A stretch of DNA of 64,000 nt from Polymyxa betae A26-41 (GCA_003693705.1 RBZT01000312.1:186001-250000), one strand, 5' to 3'; positions 49,133-62,437 are shown, numbered from the stretch's first letter. Numbers and translations are program-made. Notes: generated from the sequence alone by a model not told the origin.

Positions 49133-50713
49133 ATGCAGCTCGACGATCTGAATGGAGAGGATCGCGTTGATATCGACGAACAGCATGAGACGTTCTTCGA
49201 TTGGCAACCTAAAGACAGCGGCGGGCAGAAATTCACCTCTCTCCCTGCAGCATCTGTCGAAACTGTTGTCACGAATGAAAGGCAGAACAGGTTTTGTATC
49301 TTTATTTCAAACGTGTCTCGATTCTGATGGATGCTCAAGGCGACAGATTCGTCAGGAATTTCGCTCATGGTCGCTGTTCCGATTCTGGGTCTGGATGCTC
49401 GTCGAATCACCAATTTTCAACGGCTTTATTCTGCTGATTATATTCAGCAATGTGGCCGCCATTATCTTGCAGATTAACAAAGTCCTCATCTTTCAATACG
49501 GTACCAACATGATGATGTTATAAACGGCGTTGATCTCCTCATCAGGATGGTATTTCTCGGTTCTGGACAACATCTTCCTTGGCATCTACCAGGCTGAATT
49601 ACTGATGCGAATCTTCGTCTGGCGTTGGCGGTTCTTCTCAGACGGATGGAATCTATTCGGTTGGAGAAAGAGACCACTTCCTATCGTCAATTACTGACCG
49701 ATGCCGCAGATCTGGTGGTTGTCGGGTTCTCGGTAATGGAGGTGTTCGCTTTGCTGTTCTTGGGCCAGATGTCCTTCATCAACCCAAAGATCCTTCGATT
49801 GCTGCGTTTGATTCGTACGATGAAGGGCATTCGAGCATTGCGAATTCTTCGAACAATCACCTTCGTGAATAGCCTGCAGGTGATTGCTGCCACCTTGCTA
49901 CGATCTCTGCCTGCGATGGGCAGCATTTTCGCTTTAGTCGCCTTAGTCATATGTATTGTGGTTTCAAACAGGCTATTTACAAATCTGACCATGGTACAGA
50001 TGTATTCGCTATTATTGGCGTCAATCTCTATAAAGAAACTTTACCAGAAAGGTTCGGGTCGATATTCCTTGCAAGCTTCACGATGTTTCAGTTAATGACA
50101 CTCGATGACTGGTAATAACAGAAAGAACAAAAAAGCGATCAGCTGTTAAGGTTCTCCAGGTTCTTTATCTACCACGATGGCAGATCTAATAGTCCATTCC
50201 TATTTCTCTACCTAGCGACAGCCATCATCATCGGGACGTTCATTCTCGTCAACCTGCTCACGGCTGTCATCGTGAACAACCTCGAACACTCCAACGACGC
50301 TTTGGCGAAAGAGCGCCAAATGGCCCAGACCCTGACGAGAAAGCGACTTGAACTTCAGCATGCCAAGAACCGTCTGAATCAGATTAAGGTTTATGAGACC
50401 CTCCTCTACATGTCACGTAATCACACATCTCTATAGCCTAGTAACATTACTGCATCGGCGCCCTCGCCAGCAACTATTCATATGAAGAACCCCAACAATC
50501 GCCCCGAATCCCTAAGAAGACAGAAACTGATTTCGATGGCGATCATGCTACAGGTCAAGGCTTGTGCAATGGGGTTCTGAGGGGGACTAATGCTGTTGTT
50601 AGGGGGCTCTTGAAAGTCAAGTCAGCCAGTTTCAAACTCTGGAAAAGGTGCATGATGACCTCTGCTCTTCGCTACACAAATTTGTAGAAGAACCCCAAAA
50701 CAATTCGTTATGA
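49133..50713 (+). CDS. Single-domain 6-TM voltage-gated Ca2+ channel subunit, CatSper(1)-like (multi-exon)
   Basis: S1 FNGFILLIIFSN, FFSDGWNLFD, long S4 (KILRLLRLIRTMKGIRALRILRTI), pore FTMFQLMTLDDW, S6 NLLTAVIVNNL, C-terminal coiled coil. Confidence 0.8.
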
Positions 50714-50804
50714 TTTAGTGAATTCCGTAATGGTCACGTCGATAGAATAGAAACATGTAGAAAAATGATTAAGGAATTGCTAAGATCAAATCTATACTTT
50801 CTCT

Positions 50805-53611
50805 CTAATAATGACATTTCAAAGCACCGATTGCCGGAATTGAACCGGACTGCAAATCATCCAGGGTTTTCATGACGAATTTGGCGATGCGATCAGGCGT
50901 AAATCCAAGCTCTTTGTAAATCACCTGTTCACCATGTCAATACTCGTGCTTGTGAAACACGAACAGGCTACCTCAGCAGGTGCAGATGCTCCCCATTCTG
51001 GAACAGCAACAGAGAAGTGAGCATGGCTTGACCATCCGAAATCGCCTTGAGCTTCAACAGAGAACACAGGAACTCCTACTGGAAGGACCTATTATAAAGG
51101 GTTAACATGAAAGATATGCATTCGAAAGCATTTGACCTGTCGACGGTATTCTTTCGATTGTTTACCAAAAAGTTCCAAACACGGAGCCGATACCACCGTT
51201 GTTGGGATGTTCTCGTGGTTGAGCTTCAAAGCCGCTTTTAGAGCAATGTTCACTTCAGTTCCGGTAGCAATCAGGCACACTGCAGGCGGAACATCTGCAT
51301 ATGGAGGCAATGAGCGACAGGATAGAATTGCAGAGAATTATCTGACTGTTTTGCGTCGAGACTATCGTATAAGCTCCGAGCTTCACTTTTTCGGCGGAAG
51401 TATTGCCTAAATCAGTCGGCACATTCTGTCGAGAGAGTGCAATGACAGTGGGCCCGTTGACCGATTCAATAGCTGTAGAATACGCCCCGTTGACCTGATA
51501 ATGTTAACAATAGGATTCAAAGTGAACCTTGTTGATACTTCATTTTGATCAGCAGGACGCATCACAAGAAGATGTGGTGTAGCTCGAAGCAGAGCTAGAA
51601 CCTCAACAGGTTGATGAGTTGGGCCATCTTCTCCCAAACCGATAGAGTCGTGTGTCATAACGAATATATGACGAATTCGGCTCAAAGCAGCAATGCGAAC
51701 AGCCTGGTATTAATTACAAGTATGCAATGTACGAGGATGAGAACGCACAGGAAATCCATAAGTAATAAAGTTCAAGAAGGTAGCAGTAAAGGGGATCAGC
51801 CCGCCAAAAAGCGATATGCCGTTTCCGATTGCAAACATTGCATGCTCACGGACACCAAATCTGAAACAACAAGGTTAAAAAGCAGAATAACGAAAACAAG
51901 GCCAATACCTAATATAGCGACCGTCGGGTGTTTTAGGAGAAAAATCATAGGAGCAATTTAGATCAGTCAGTGTTGAAGGAGTTAAATCGGCCGCTCCTCC
52001 AACCAGTTCCGGTAAGACTTTTGCAAGAGCATTGAGAGTCTGATTTCGAGTTAAATGCATGAATGGTTTGTAATAGTACACCGTACAGCATGCGACATTC
52101 TCCGAGTAGCCAGCTCAGCGGAAGAAGCCTTCTGAGGTAGCCCACAGTTCCTAATAGCATTGAGCGAGTGACAGCAGACAGAATGATGGAATTTTACCAT
52201 CCACGAGGCAGCTCCTCTGCGAACGTCCGGGTGAATTGAGCATGAAGCTGAGAATGTTTCACTTTGTACTAAGCAATGTTTAGGTCGAGACGGCAAAGTG
52301 GACAACATGAAACTCACCTCCTGGACTAATCGCTTCCAGTCTTCATAGAGAGCAGTGTTACGATCGACAACGGTTTTGTAAAACTTCTTGACATTGTCGG
52401 GAACTATAAACGATTGTGCAGGATCAAATCCGACAGCGGATTTCATTTCAGCAAGAACTTCCGCACCTAGCGGCGCTCCATGCACACCTACGCTCTTAGT
52501 ATTCACCACGATGAACCGTTACTAGAAGCTAACCATGCGTTCCTGCCTTCTTGGAAGTGTACCCAATGGTTGTTTTCAAGGAAATTAAAGTAGGCCGGTC
52601 AGTGACTGATTGAGCTTCCTGCATGAACCGTTGAGCCAGCAAAATGCAACGAAATGCATCTTACTTTGATAGCAGCTTCAATAGCCTGATAGTCGGAGTC
52701 GCCGTCGTCAACAGTAATCGTATGCCAGCCATAAGCCTCAAAACGTTTGGGTACGTCCTCAGTGAATGAAAGCGAAGTATCTCCGTCAATTGTGATCTAT
52801 TCGAGTTTAGGACACACTAGTAAGAGTAAAGGCACCGAATACAGACCTTATTATCATCATAGATGACGATCAATCGCCCAAGCTTGTTGTGCCCAGCTAA
52901 GGAGCATGCTTCACTGCTGACGCCCTCTTGTAGGTCACCATCACCGCAGAAGACATAGGTATAGTTATCCAAAATTGGGAAATCTGGTTGGTTATATAAT
53001 GCAGCTTGGTGAACCTGTGCCATTGCCATACCAACTGTATCATCGCTTAGAACAGGGAAATTCAGAGCATGCTCGTGATACCAGCGGTTGAAATGCCTTG
53101 TCCTAAGGGGCCTGTCGTGGCTTCAACTCCATGTGTATGACGAAATTCAGGATGTCCTGGTGTCACACTACCCCACTGACGAAACGACTAAAACAAATTC
53201 GTAAATCGAACTGTGCTGATAGTGATGACACAATAAGACCTTGAGATCATCCATCGTAATGTTAAAGTCTAACAAGTGCAGCATTGTATAAAGCAAAGCG
53301 CAGCCTGAGCCATGATTAACGATAGTTTTCGATCAACAGCACCTCAGACCGTGCCCATTAGAAAGAACGAAACGGTCCCGGCCAGGCCATTTCGAGTCGG
53401 TTGGCGTCACACGAAGAAATTTGGTAAAGAGGATATGAGCTGCAGGCGCCATTCCAAGCGGCATGCCTAGATTCCAGGATCAGTTAAGTACGAAAGCTGG
53501 CAGCATATTACAAGCTGTACCTGGATGGCCGGAATTGGCCTTCTGAACCATGTCAGCCGACAAGCACCGGATGGTAGCAAGGGCGACGTGGGTGATATCG
53601 TCGGTAATCAT
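50805..53611 (-). CDS. TKT: Transketolase (many short introns)
   Basis: [65 protein letters not shown]. Confidence 0.96.
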
Positions 53612-53958
53612 AGTTAGACGTTTAACGACCGCACGTTGCTGTATCAAATATATTTGGACGGAGATAGGTTTGACCGAACGATGAAGCAGTGAACCGAATA
53701 GATAAATAATGTCGCAATGCAGATGCAGAGCGCACTAAGTCGGTATCCTCCAATCCCGATCTAGATACACCAACAGTGCTTTGTTAGTCGACTCCAAGTC
53801 CTGATTTTCTTTCCAGAACTGATGCATGGCTATTCTAGAACGATCCTTTGCTTGGATCTACACTTCGGATGTGCCTGGTTTTTACTCAAAAGTGTTTTGA
53901 GAATTAAGAGCTGCATTGTACACAGAATGTTTGATATAAATTTATTTTGATGGGAAGA

Positions 53959-56046
53959 TTAGTTTAGGATAATTGATCGTCGGTTCATGAGGTTTGCTCT
54001 ATCCCAAACGTTCGCAGCTTCAGGAGCAAATTTTACTTGTTGTAATTGGTTTGCAGTACCTGTACAAGTCAATTATAAACCAGTCCGGAGTAAAAATCTG
54101 GTAAAATTACCATCGGTAGAGTTGCAATCAGGCAGACCGATATTGACGAATTTTGGAGCAGCGCTGAGCAAGTATGTTTTTTGAGGTTTAGGAGTTTCGC
54201 ATTCAGAAGAGTTCAGCCTTTTCCCAAGTCAGAATAGATTAGACTCAAAAAAGCCATTACCCGGTAGGAGCTGGACGTAACATACTGGCAGCACCAGAGC
54301 CAACCGGACCAGCCGAACTAGGAGCTGATGTCAGTGGAGCAGTTGATGGCGCGATCGGAGCGACAAATGCTGAGGTAGGCGCTGGGGTGATCGACGCAGC
54401 TGAAGTTGGCGCTGGAGTAGCCGGAGCCGTTGAAGTTGGCGCTGGTGTGATTGGTGCAACAGATGCTGAGGTAGGCGCTGGAGTGACCGGAGCAGCTGAA
54501 GTTGGCGCTGGANNNNNNNNNNNNNNNNNNNNNNNNNNNNNNNNNNNNNNNNNNNNNNNNNNNNNNNNNNNNNNNNNNNNNNNNNNNNNNNNNNNNNNNN
54601 NNGCGCTGGAGTGACCGGAGCAGCTGAAGTTGGCGCTGTAGTGATTGGTGCCGCAGATACCGATGTAGGAGCCGGTGTAATCGGAGCCACAGATGCTGAT
54701 GTAGGAGCTGGTGTTATGGGAATAGATGAAGATGGCGCTGGAGTGATTGGTGCAACAGATGCTGAGGTAGGCGCTGGAGAGACCGGAGCACTTGACGTAG
54801 GTGCTGACGGATCACTGCACTCTATTGCAGGAACCGGTGTTTGTGGAGCTACAGACGTTGTTGAAGGAGCAGGTGTAATGGGAGCTGCCGATGCCGATGT
54901 AGGGGCCGGCGTAATCGGAGCCACAGATGCCGATGTAGGAGCTGGTGTGATTGGGGCTGCAGATGCCGATGTCGGAGCAGGTGTAATTGGAGCCACAGAT
55001 GCCGATGTAGGGGCCGGCGTAATCGGGGCCACAGATGCCGATGTAGGAGCAGGTGTAATCGGAGCCACAGATGCCGATGTAGGGGCCGGCGTAATCGGGG
55101 CCACAGATGCCGATGTAGGGGCAGGTGTAATCGGAGCCACAGATCCCGATGTAGGTGCCGGCGTAGGATCGTTGCATTCTGAAGTCGGAGCAGGTGTTTG
55201 TGGTACAGCATAAGTTGATGTAGGTGCTGGTGTAATCGGAGCTGTGGATGCTGATGTAGGAACCGGTGTACTCGGAGCCATAGAAGTCGCCGGTGTTTGT
55301 GTTGCAGCAAATGTTGATGTAGGGGCCGGGGTCATAGGAGCTACAGACGTCGATGTTTGGGGTGCAGGTTCGGATGTAATTATTGGAGTAGTGGTTGGCT
55401 GGCTGGTAGCAGCTGCAACAGAAACAGAAGTTGGCGAAGGGGTTGAGCTCCTTAGCTTCGAATGAAGATATTTTTGATGATCATACCCATAAGATGTTGA
55501 CTTCTTGTAATGTTTGCTGAGTGGCGACGGGGAAGACGAGCTTTGACACAGCTCATAGGGACGGTTGTAGAATGGGCAAACAGCATCATACATGCAAACA
55601 ATCATAGACTCATTAGTGCTGCCGCTGATGCAATCATTTTGAGCACATCCGAAATAAGTCATATTCTGAAATGCCATTTGCTTGTAATTATTGCACTGGT
55701 AACCGTCGATACATGTGTTTAGATTAAGATTGTAGAAACGGTTTTCATCAAACCAGGTATGCACTGCTTTGTCGGCTGTCATATTCTGTCCAAAAGCGAT
55801 ATTTACGCCAGGAGTCATGTTCGAATTGTCTTTTTGACATTTCATAGCAAACGACAAAGCTTTGAGAGCCAGTGCATTATCCCAAGAGAGCGAGCTTAAG
55901 GGTGAGCAAGGGATTGGGTTAACGTTGGAACGGAGAGCATTATGCGATGATATGATGTCCTCTATATCCGCCGATTTCAAGTTGGCCAGTGAACCCACAG
56001 CCAATAGTATCGATGAGATTACGAAAGTTTTGGTGATAGCCAGCAT
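53959..56046 (-). CDS. Secreted CAP/SCP (PR-1-like) domain protein with mucin-like P/T/A/S repeats; spans assembly gap
   Basis: Hydrophobic signal peptide, HNALRS..LSWDNALA..WFDENRFYN..FGCA..IVCMY, then (APITPAPTSASV)n. After the gap the frame resumes and two short introns lead to TAA at 53959. Confidence 0.8.
54340..55350 (-). repeat. Coding tandem repeat, core unit 36 bp (12 aa APITPAPTSASV) with shorter variants
   Basis: Recurrent GCCACAGATGCCGATGTAGG units. Contains the N gap. Confidence 0.9.
54513..54602. other. Assembly gap (90 N)
   Basis: Run of N inside the tandem repeat. Confidence 0.99.
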
Positions 56047-56460
56047 TTAGATATACCAATCAGCAATACAGCTAATATTAAAATACAAGCACGGTGGGAT
56101 TGAAAACTCTTGATGAAGCGTCCAGTGTGAGTCACTAGCTATTAATCTTGGTTAAGTCGGGAAACATTCTTTATACGCCTTAGAAATATCTGTTGTACAT
56201 CCAGCATCGCATCTCTCTCCAGTCCGGTTGGATCTGTATGTCGATAGGCATTCGCGATAAGGCAGCTAGACGCCTCACATAAATGATTGAGGACCTGTTA
56301 CTACCGGTAGAAAGGAAGTGTCGAGTGGGGGGCCTTCCTTAGGTATGTAGACAGTACACACTGACTCTCTTTGGTCTTACGTTACTCCTCCAGTGAAACT
56401 GGGCACGTCTGAGCGCAATCATCAAATGATTTCATTTCCGTAGATCGAGTTTCAATCGTC

Positions 56461-58143
56461 ATGGAGCTTGCTGGTAGGCACGGTGCCGTCCTCGTTCTCG
56501 GCGACATCGGGCGTAGCCCGCGAATGCAGTATCAAGCGCTATCGCTATCGAAGCATGGAGCGCGCATCGCTCTGATAGGCTATCGAGGGTAACTTCGTCG
56601 TTTTGCCTTACAGCCGACTCTTATAATGCTTGGTCTACAAGATCACAGCCTTTTTCGGACGTAGTTGCAGATAAGAATATCACTATATATTACCTTCCGG
56701 AATGGGTTTATCGGCCAAAATCTCGAATAATGTTCATAGCTTCTGTGCCATTTCGTATTTTCTTCGAATGCTTGGTCATTTTGTATACTCTTATTTGCTT
56801 GATACCGCATCCATCCTTTATTTTGGTCCAGGTACAGTCTTTGTGATGGCTGATCTGTTATCGTTTTTAGAATTGATTCAGAATCCTCCCTCCATTCCTT
56901 GTCTCATTATTGCCAAAATTGCGTCTCTGGTATTCAGATCTGATTTCATTATTGATTGGCATAATTTTGGATTCACAATTCTTGGTAAACGAAACGCGTT
57001 TTATCTGTTTGATCAACTAATTTTTTTAGGCCTACGACTTGGACGATCACATCCGTTTGTGAAGATTGCGTATCTGTACGAGAAGATATGTGGTCGAATG
57101 GCTGACCAAAGTATTTGTGTCACTGGTGCGATGCAGAAAGAACTTAGCTTGAATTGGAAAGTTCAAGCGTCTGTTTTGCATGATCGTCCTCCCGCCAAAT
57201 TTCGTAGGCTCACGCTGGACAAAATCCACGAAGTAAACTGCCTTGTTTTAACCAATAATTTGTTATTCATTGGTTGTTTTTTCAGTTTTTCGTGAATTTT
57301 CAGAAATCCGGGTTGCTCGACGAGGCTTCGGATTGGCTCCCTCCTGTTTCCGAAAGGAAAAAACGGACAGTTATTACAGAAAAAGCCGATGGAATTGTTC
57401 GATATCGAGAGGGAAGACCTGCTGTGATAGTGACATCAACCAGCTATACTCCTGATGAGAACATCGGAATGCTTCTCGATGCTCTTTTAATGTACGATCG
57501 TAATCATACGGCATCTGATCCTCGTCTGCTTGTTATCATTACGGGAAAGGGGCCACTGATGGAGTTTTATTCAAAAGAGATCGCACTGTTGAGTTTAGAG
57601 CACGTCAAAGTCATTCAAGTTTGGCTATCTGCTGATGATTATCCGAGAATTCTTGGAAGCGCTGATCTTGGAGTCAGTCTACATATCTCGTCTTCAGGCT
57701 TAGATCTGCCAATGAAAGTTGTAGATATGTTTGGCTCAGGCCTTCCGGTGTGTGCTGTAGGATTCCCATGGTAAGGTGTTCAAGCTTTTGGAGGAATGGG
57801 TTTTTACTTTGCCAGTTTGGATGAATTGGTTATCCACCGGAAGAATGGTCTTGTGTTTCATTCCAGTGCTGAACTTAAACAACAGCTTTCTGTAAGAATT
57901 ATCTAAACTTGTTGACATGCTTTTCAAATCGCATAGGTAATCTTCAACAATGATTCATTATTAAGCGACATGCGCCAGGCGTTGAATCAGTTTATTGCTG
58001 TGCGCTGGGACGATTGCTGGAATCAAAATGCATTACCTTGCTTCATCAAAGCTCCAAAACCGACAACATTGCGATTTTATGTTATTTCAGGCTTATTAAC
58101 ATTATTAAGCATTCGATTTATAATCAGCATGTACAATTTATGA
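56461..58143 (+). CDS. ALG1: Chitobiosyldiphosphodolichol beta-mannosyltransferase (multi-exon)
   Basis: [65 protein letters not shown]. Confidence 0.95.
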
Positions 58144-58162
58144 AATAAAGACGATAACAGTT

Positions 58163-58711
58163 TCAACTAACTCGCTTCCTGAACTGTTGAAAGACGAGCT
58201 CGTCAGATGCACCGTAGCAAGCGTTTCTCAAACCTAGAAAGACGTGTTAGCTCTCCATAGAAAACTCTCTCTGTTATAGCCTATACGTACCTTGTTCGTT
58301 TTCGTATTGTTGAAAATTGCAACCAATATTGATAGGTATCGTCTTCTGACCTTGGAAAACATTGGCTGTGACAGTATTCTTTCTCTTTGCAGCTTGTTTG
58401 GCTGCTTCGGTTGCTCTAATATTTCTGAGTTTATCCTCTATTGAAAGATCATATTCCTGAAGGTCCAGCGCCGCTTCAGAATGCACGACAGTCTGCCTTT
58501 TTCTGTCGATACTTTCTCGATCACCAGAAATGACTTCATTAACTTCGAGCAATCTTTTCAGGCCATGCTTCTTCAAATGTAGAGTAACAGGAGAAATCTG
58601 GTCGTCGGTCAGTTTGAAATTTTGACTCAGAAAGTTGGTCTTCTTTGGCTCTTGAGCAGGTACTGGCTCTTCAGAAGCTGCATTGCACATTTGACGCCGA
58701 ATCATTTGCAT
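58163..58711 (-). CDS. C9orf78/TLS1 (Hep_59) family spliceosome-associated protein (2 exons)
   Basis: EYDLSIEDKLRNIRATEAAK and C-terminal ASDELVFQQFRKR. Start uncertain. Confidence 0.7.
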
Positions 58712-59247
58712 CTTTCTGATGTGAAGAGCGCGAGTGCCCTAGATTCAATGTCGGAATTTTCCGGAAAACGAAACAAGATGGAGTCAAGAACCTCGGGATC
58801 TGATTCACAGTCGATATCCCCAGTGGCAACACGCTGCGAACAGGTCGGTTTCCGCCTGCCTCGAAAACGAACAGCAGCTGTCATCTATAGCAAGACGATA
58901 TGATGGATTTAAGCACTGCTTTTCACTTCTTGAAATCACAGGACGAGCCCTGACACGCGAGTCAGCATGACAATTGCGGCTTGCGAAAACGCAGATTTCC
59001 GCGATGTTGTTATGCCAAATGTTCTCGAGAGTTCGAATGCCGCGAGCAGCTTTTGTTTAGAATGCATTGCTTGGAATTCTTCTTCCTTCAAACATTCAAA
59101 CATAAGGTGAATAAACCTGTGTCATGTAGCCTGCTTCCATTTCTACAGGGCGGAAAGCGTGATCAGTCCTTTCCGTTGCTGAAAAAATGAGGAGGTATTT
59201 AGTCACAGGCTGGGATTCACAGCTGTCCGACAAGCCATGCAACAGTA

Positions 59248-61435
59248 ATGCTGGCGAGACGATCGGATAATAGTTACTCGGAGGAATTCCGGCGAAAGCT
59301 CATGGCTGAGAAATTGCTGCCGCGAGCAGATGGAGACCGTCCCAATCTGCTGACTGATCGGCAGGCGTATATCAGCTATTTGGAAGTGCAATTAGATCGA
59401 GTCACAGCTTCATGTATGGCAGTGCAGGCGTTTAGTGATCGAATACAACAAGTCCAGGATCATGCAACCTTGAACGAATCACGTCTACAAAATGTAGCTT
59501 TTTGTGGCCAGAATTTCATGATCATTTATTGTTATTCAGCTGACACAAGAGGTGCATGTGGGCTTTACAGAACGTGACCGCAGTGTTGAAAAGCTTGAAA
59601 CTTTCGATAAGAAGATCCAGGAGAGACTACAGGCTATTGAGGATCGGTGCAAGACGTTAGAATCGCAAATTAAGAGTGTAATGATAGATGTTCCAGATAT
59701 CGAATCTCAGGTGTTTGATGTTTGGCGGACTCCAGCATCGATCTGACGACTTTGTAGATTCATCGGATTGTAAAGACCAAGCTCGACTCAATCCTGACAG
59801 ACAATGAGCATTTAGAACATAAGCTCACCAAGCTGCTTAATCTGCAAATCGACGCGTTGTCTCAATCTCAGAGGTATAGCTGCCTGGTCATCGCTAAATA
59901 ATGTCTAAATTGTGAACAACAAGTGATTCCGAGAGGCGATTGACAACGATGATGAGCAATGATAAAGACTATATGGAGTCAACTGTTAGAAATTCGGAGA
60001 AACATTGGGCAATGGCCTGGGAGCAAGCCAATGCTGATCTAAATGATCGCATTGAGAAAATTAAGCATGATGTTATTCGTGAGCTTCATGAACGTGTCTG
60101 TGAACTATTGATTGCTTCGCGGTCCTGTTTGATTCTTCTCTCAGATGGGCATCGATGACATTCAGAAAGCTCGAGAACTGCAGTCACGTCGCCTTGCTCA
60201 GCTTCAAGAACAAGCAAGTTCTTTCTTTTCTCCTTGCGATCTAAGTTCATATTAGCTACAGATGGCATCGTTACGACCCGGGATAACGACACATTTGAAC
60301 AATTTGTCAGACAAGTTGAGAACATTTGTATGAACAAGCCGTGAAATTCTATTTGTTGTACTGAATATCATGCAGGAAAACAGGGAGGTTGAACGAGATC
60401 GCGTGTTTCAAACTGTTGAAGCTCGTGTGAAGTCAGCTGAGCAAATCTGTTCCCGTATTGCACATGATACTCTTAAGAAGGTAAACTCATTAGATCTGTT
60501 TGGGCCAAACTGATCATGACCTTTGCTTTCAGGTTGAACTTCATCGACAAGAAAATCTTCAGAGATTGAATGAGATGTCAAGCGGTATTCGTAATGACTC
60601 GTTCAAGGTTGAGATGCGAACAGAGCTGCGACGTTGGGAAGAGGCAATGTCAACACTGATTCAGAATACAGAGAGGCAGGTTAGAACGAATTGGATATCC
60701 AAATGCCATTGTTCTTATCGATTCGATGAAGATAAAAAAGCTATCCGATTCGATGATAGCCACGAAACCTGCTGTACCAACTGACTCTAAAGGCATGAAT
60801 GAGAACAAGAAATTGCCAACTAATGGCTCGACAAAAGCAACAACTAAAGCGGCGACCAGTTCTGCCAAGTATACCAAACTTGTTGTAATTAAACTGAACT
60901 AATTTGGAAAAAGGATAACACGAGGGCATACACAATCAGAGGCGAAGCAGCACCCGCCTTGGTTAAACGTCTTATCTAAGTGGCAACAGCATCACTCACC
61001 GCGACAATCATTATCAAAGAGTTCGTCATCGACAAGCGATTCTACGCCTATAAGAGATGGTATAAAATATGATTTGTGCAAACGCGAATTTGATAGGCGA
61101 TATCGATGCAGATAAGAGGAACGCTGATGATTACGAGTCTAATTGGAATGCAATTGCGACAACTATCCAACAACTGGATCGTGACTGCAGAAGAGAAGTC
61201 GATAATAGAACAACACCAACGATAAGTAAGCGGTTTTGATGATGACGATAACGCAACGCTAACGAACATTACAGAGGAATTAAACAAGTCATCCACGAGA
61301 GTCGCAGAGAGTAAAAGATCTGTAATAAGACGATCAAAAAAAGCTTCTGACATCAGATCAGCGTCGCCGAAAGTACTTGCGACATCAAAGAAGAAATTAC
61401 AATTAGGAGTGAACCACCGAATAATAAAAAGGTAG
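59248..61435 (+). CDS. Uncharacterised coiled-coil protein (multi-exon)
   Basis: Chain of coiled-coil ORF fragments (AYISYLEVQLDRV...) separated by GT-AG introns of about 45 nt, with S/K/R-rich tail ending TAG 61433-61435. Confidence 0.55.
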
Positions 61436-61438
61436 TAT

Positions 61439-62323
61439 TCACGAAACCAGATTGATTCCACTGTGCTCTTTTTGGAAGACGAACGTCTTCTTAGAAATGA
61501 AATCAGTCACCAAATCAACGAATTCAATGGCATGATCTCGGCCAGACAGATCGTGACTGGCCCCTGGAAGGAGAGTGTGGGTGCTCTCTGGAATAAGTTT
61601 GGCAACACGTTCAGAGAATCGTTTTTGATCAATGCCGTCAGGGACAAACTCGTCGGCGAGAGAAAATACCCACAATGAGGGAACGGAAATATGCCCTAAA
61701 ACCTGAAGCATCTCTTGCTCAGTGAAATCGGTGCTAAACAGATCATCGTCTGTTAGCCTCCCAGCCAGAGACGCAAACCTGTATGCTGTTATAGCACATC
61801 CAAATAATCTGGCTTCTGGTAAAAAGTTGTCTCCTTTTCCACACGCGATCATGTCCAGCGAAGTCTTGAGACTGGATTCTACATCTGGTATCGCCGATAG
61901 TATATAATGTCGATCAGAAACCGGCGCTTGTAGAATTACACCTTGAATGATTCCATCCAGAGATGAATAGGCTTTCAGAAAAGACACACAATCTTGGCAA
62001 CCGGTTGAGTGCCCCAACAAAAAAATCGATTGCGATCCTCTCCCAATCAAGAACTTGCAAACAGCAAGAATATCGTCGACATCATCTGCTATTGAAAAAG
62101 CCCCAAATGCATTGCCCGCAGATTTCAGCTGGCACTGGACCAACGACATCGAACTTGGAAGTCTCTGATGCAGCAGCGTCATCACATCCTGCATCGCCAA
62201 CAGCCTATCCGTCAATCCTGGCACGAAGACCAGATGCGATGAAGCCTGGGGATCGCCCGAGACGAACACGATCGGCGATGCATTTGTCTCTGAGTTGTTT
62301 ATCGAATGGAGCCACCCGTTCAT
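61439..62323 (-). CDS. DUF1749 (UPF0613) alpha/beta hydrolase, intronless
   Basis: LVFVPGLTD, LLGHSTGCQD nucleophile elbow, ILQAPVSDR, ITAYRFASL..DDDLFSTD, DEFVP, GASH. Confidence 0.88.
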   Translation of the reverse strand: MNGWLHSINNSETNASPIVFVSGDPQASSHLVFVPGLTDRLLAMQDVMTLLHQRLPSSMSLVQCQLKSAGNAFGAFSIADDVDDILAVCKFLIGRGSQSIFLLGHSTGCQDCVSFLKAYSSLDGIIQGVILQAPVSDRHYILSAIPDVESSLKTSLDMIACGKGDNFLPEARLFGCAITAYRFASLAGRLTDDDLFSTDFTEQEMLQVLGHISVPSLWVFSLADEFVPDGIDQKRFSERVAKLIPESTHTLLPGASHDLSGRDHAIEFVDLVTDFISKKTFVFQKEHSGINLVS

Positions 62324-62437
62324 CGTGGGTGCGCCCCAAAGCCCCAAATGGGATGGTGTAACGTAATGGCTGAAGTCGGATAATATAGTGTCGCTGAGCC
62401 TAATCAGTAATCAGCGAGTGCGTAACCCGCCGCGCCC

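Noticed and set aside
54331-54512. Apparent frameshift or pseudogenisation of the CAP protein (QRQLQLL... tail)
   Set aside because: Artefact of the arbitrary N-gap length; the P/T/A frame resumes after the gap.
54340-55350. CRISPR-like periodic repeats
   Set aside because: Contiguous coding tandem units with no unique spacers, no cas genes, and a eukaryotic context.
54387-55465. Plus-strand ORFs with GAGVIGATDADV repeats and alternate-frame repeat ORFs
   Set aside because: Shadow frames of the minus-strand mucin repeat.
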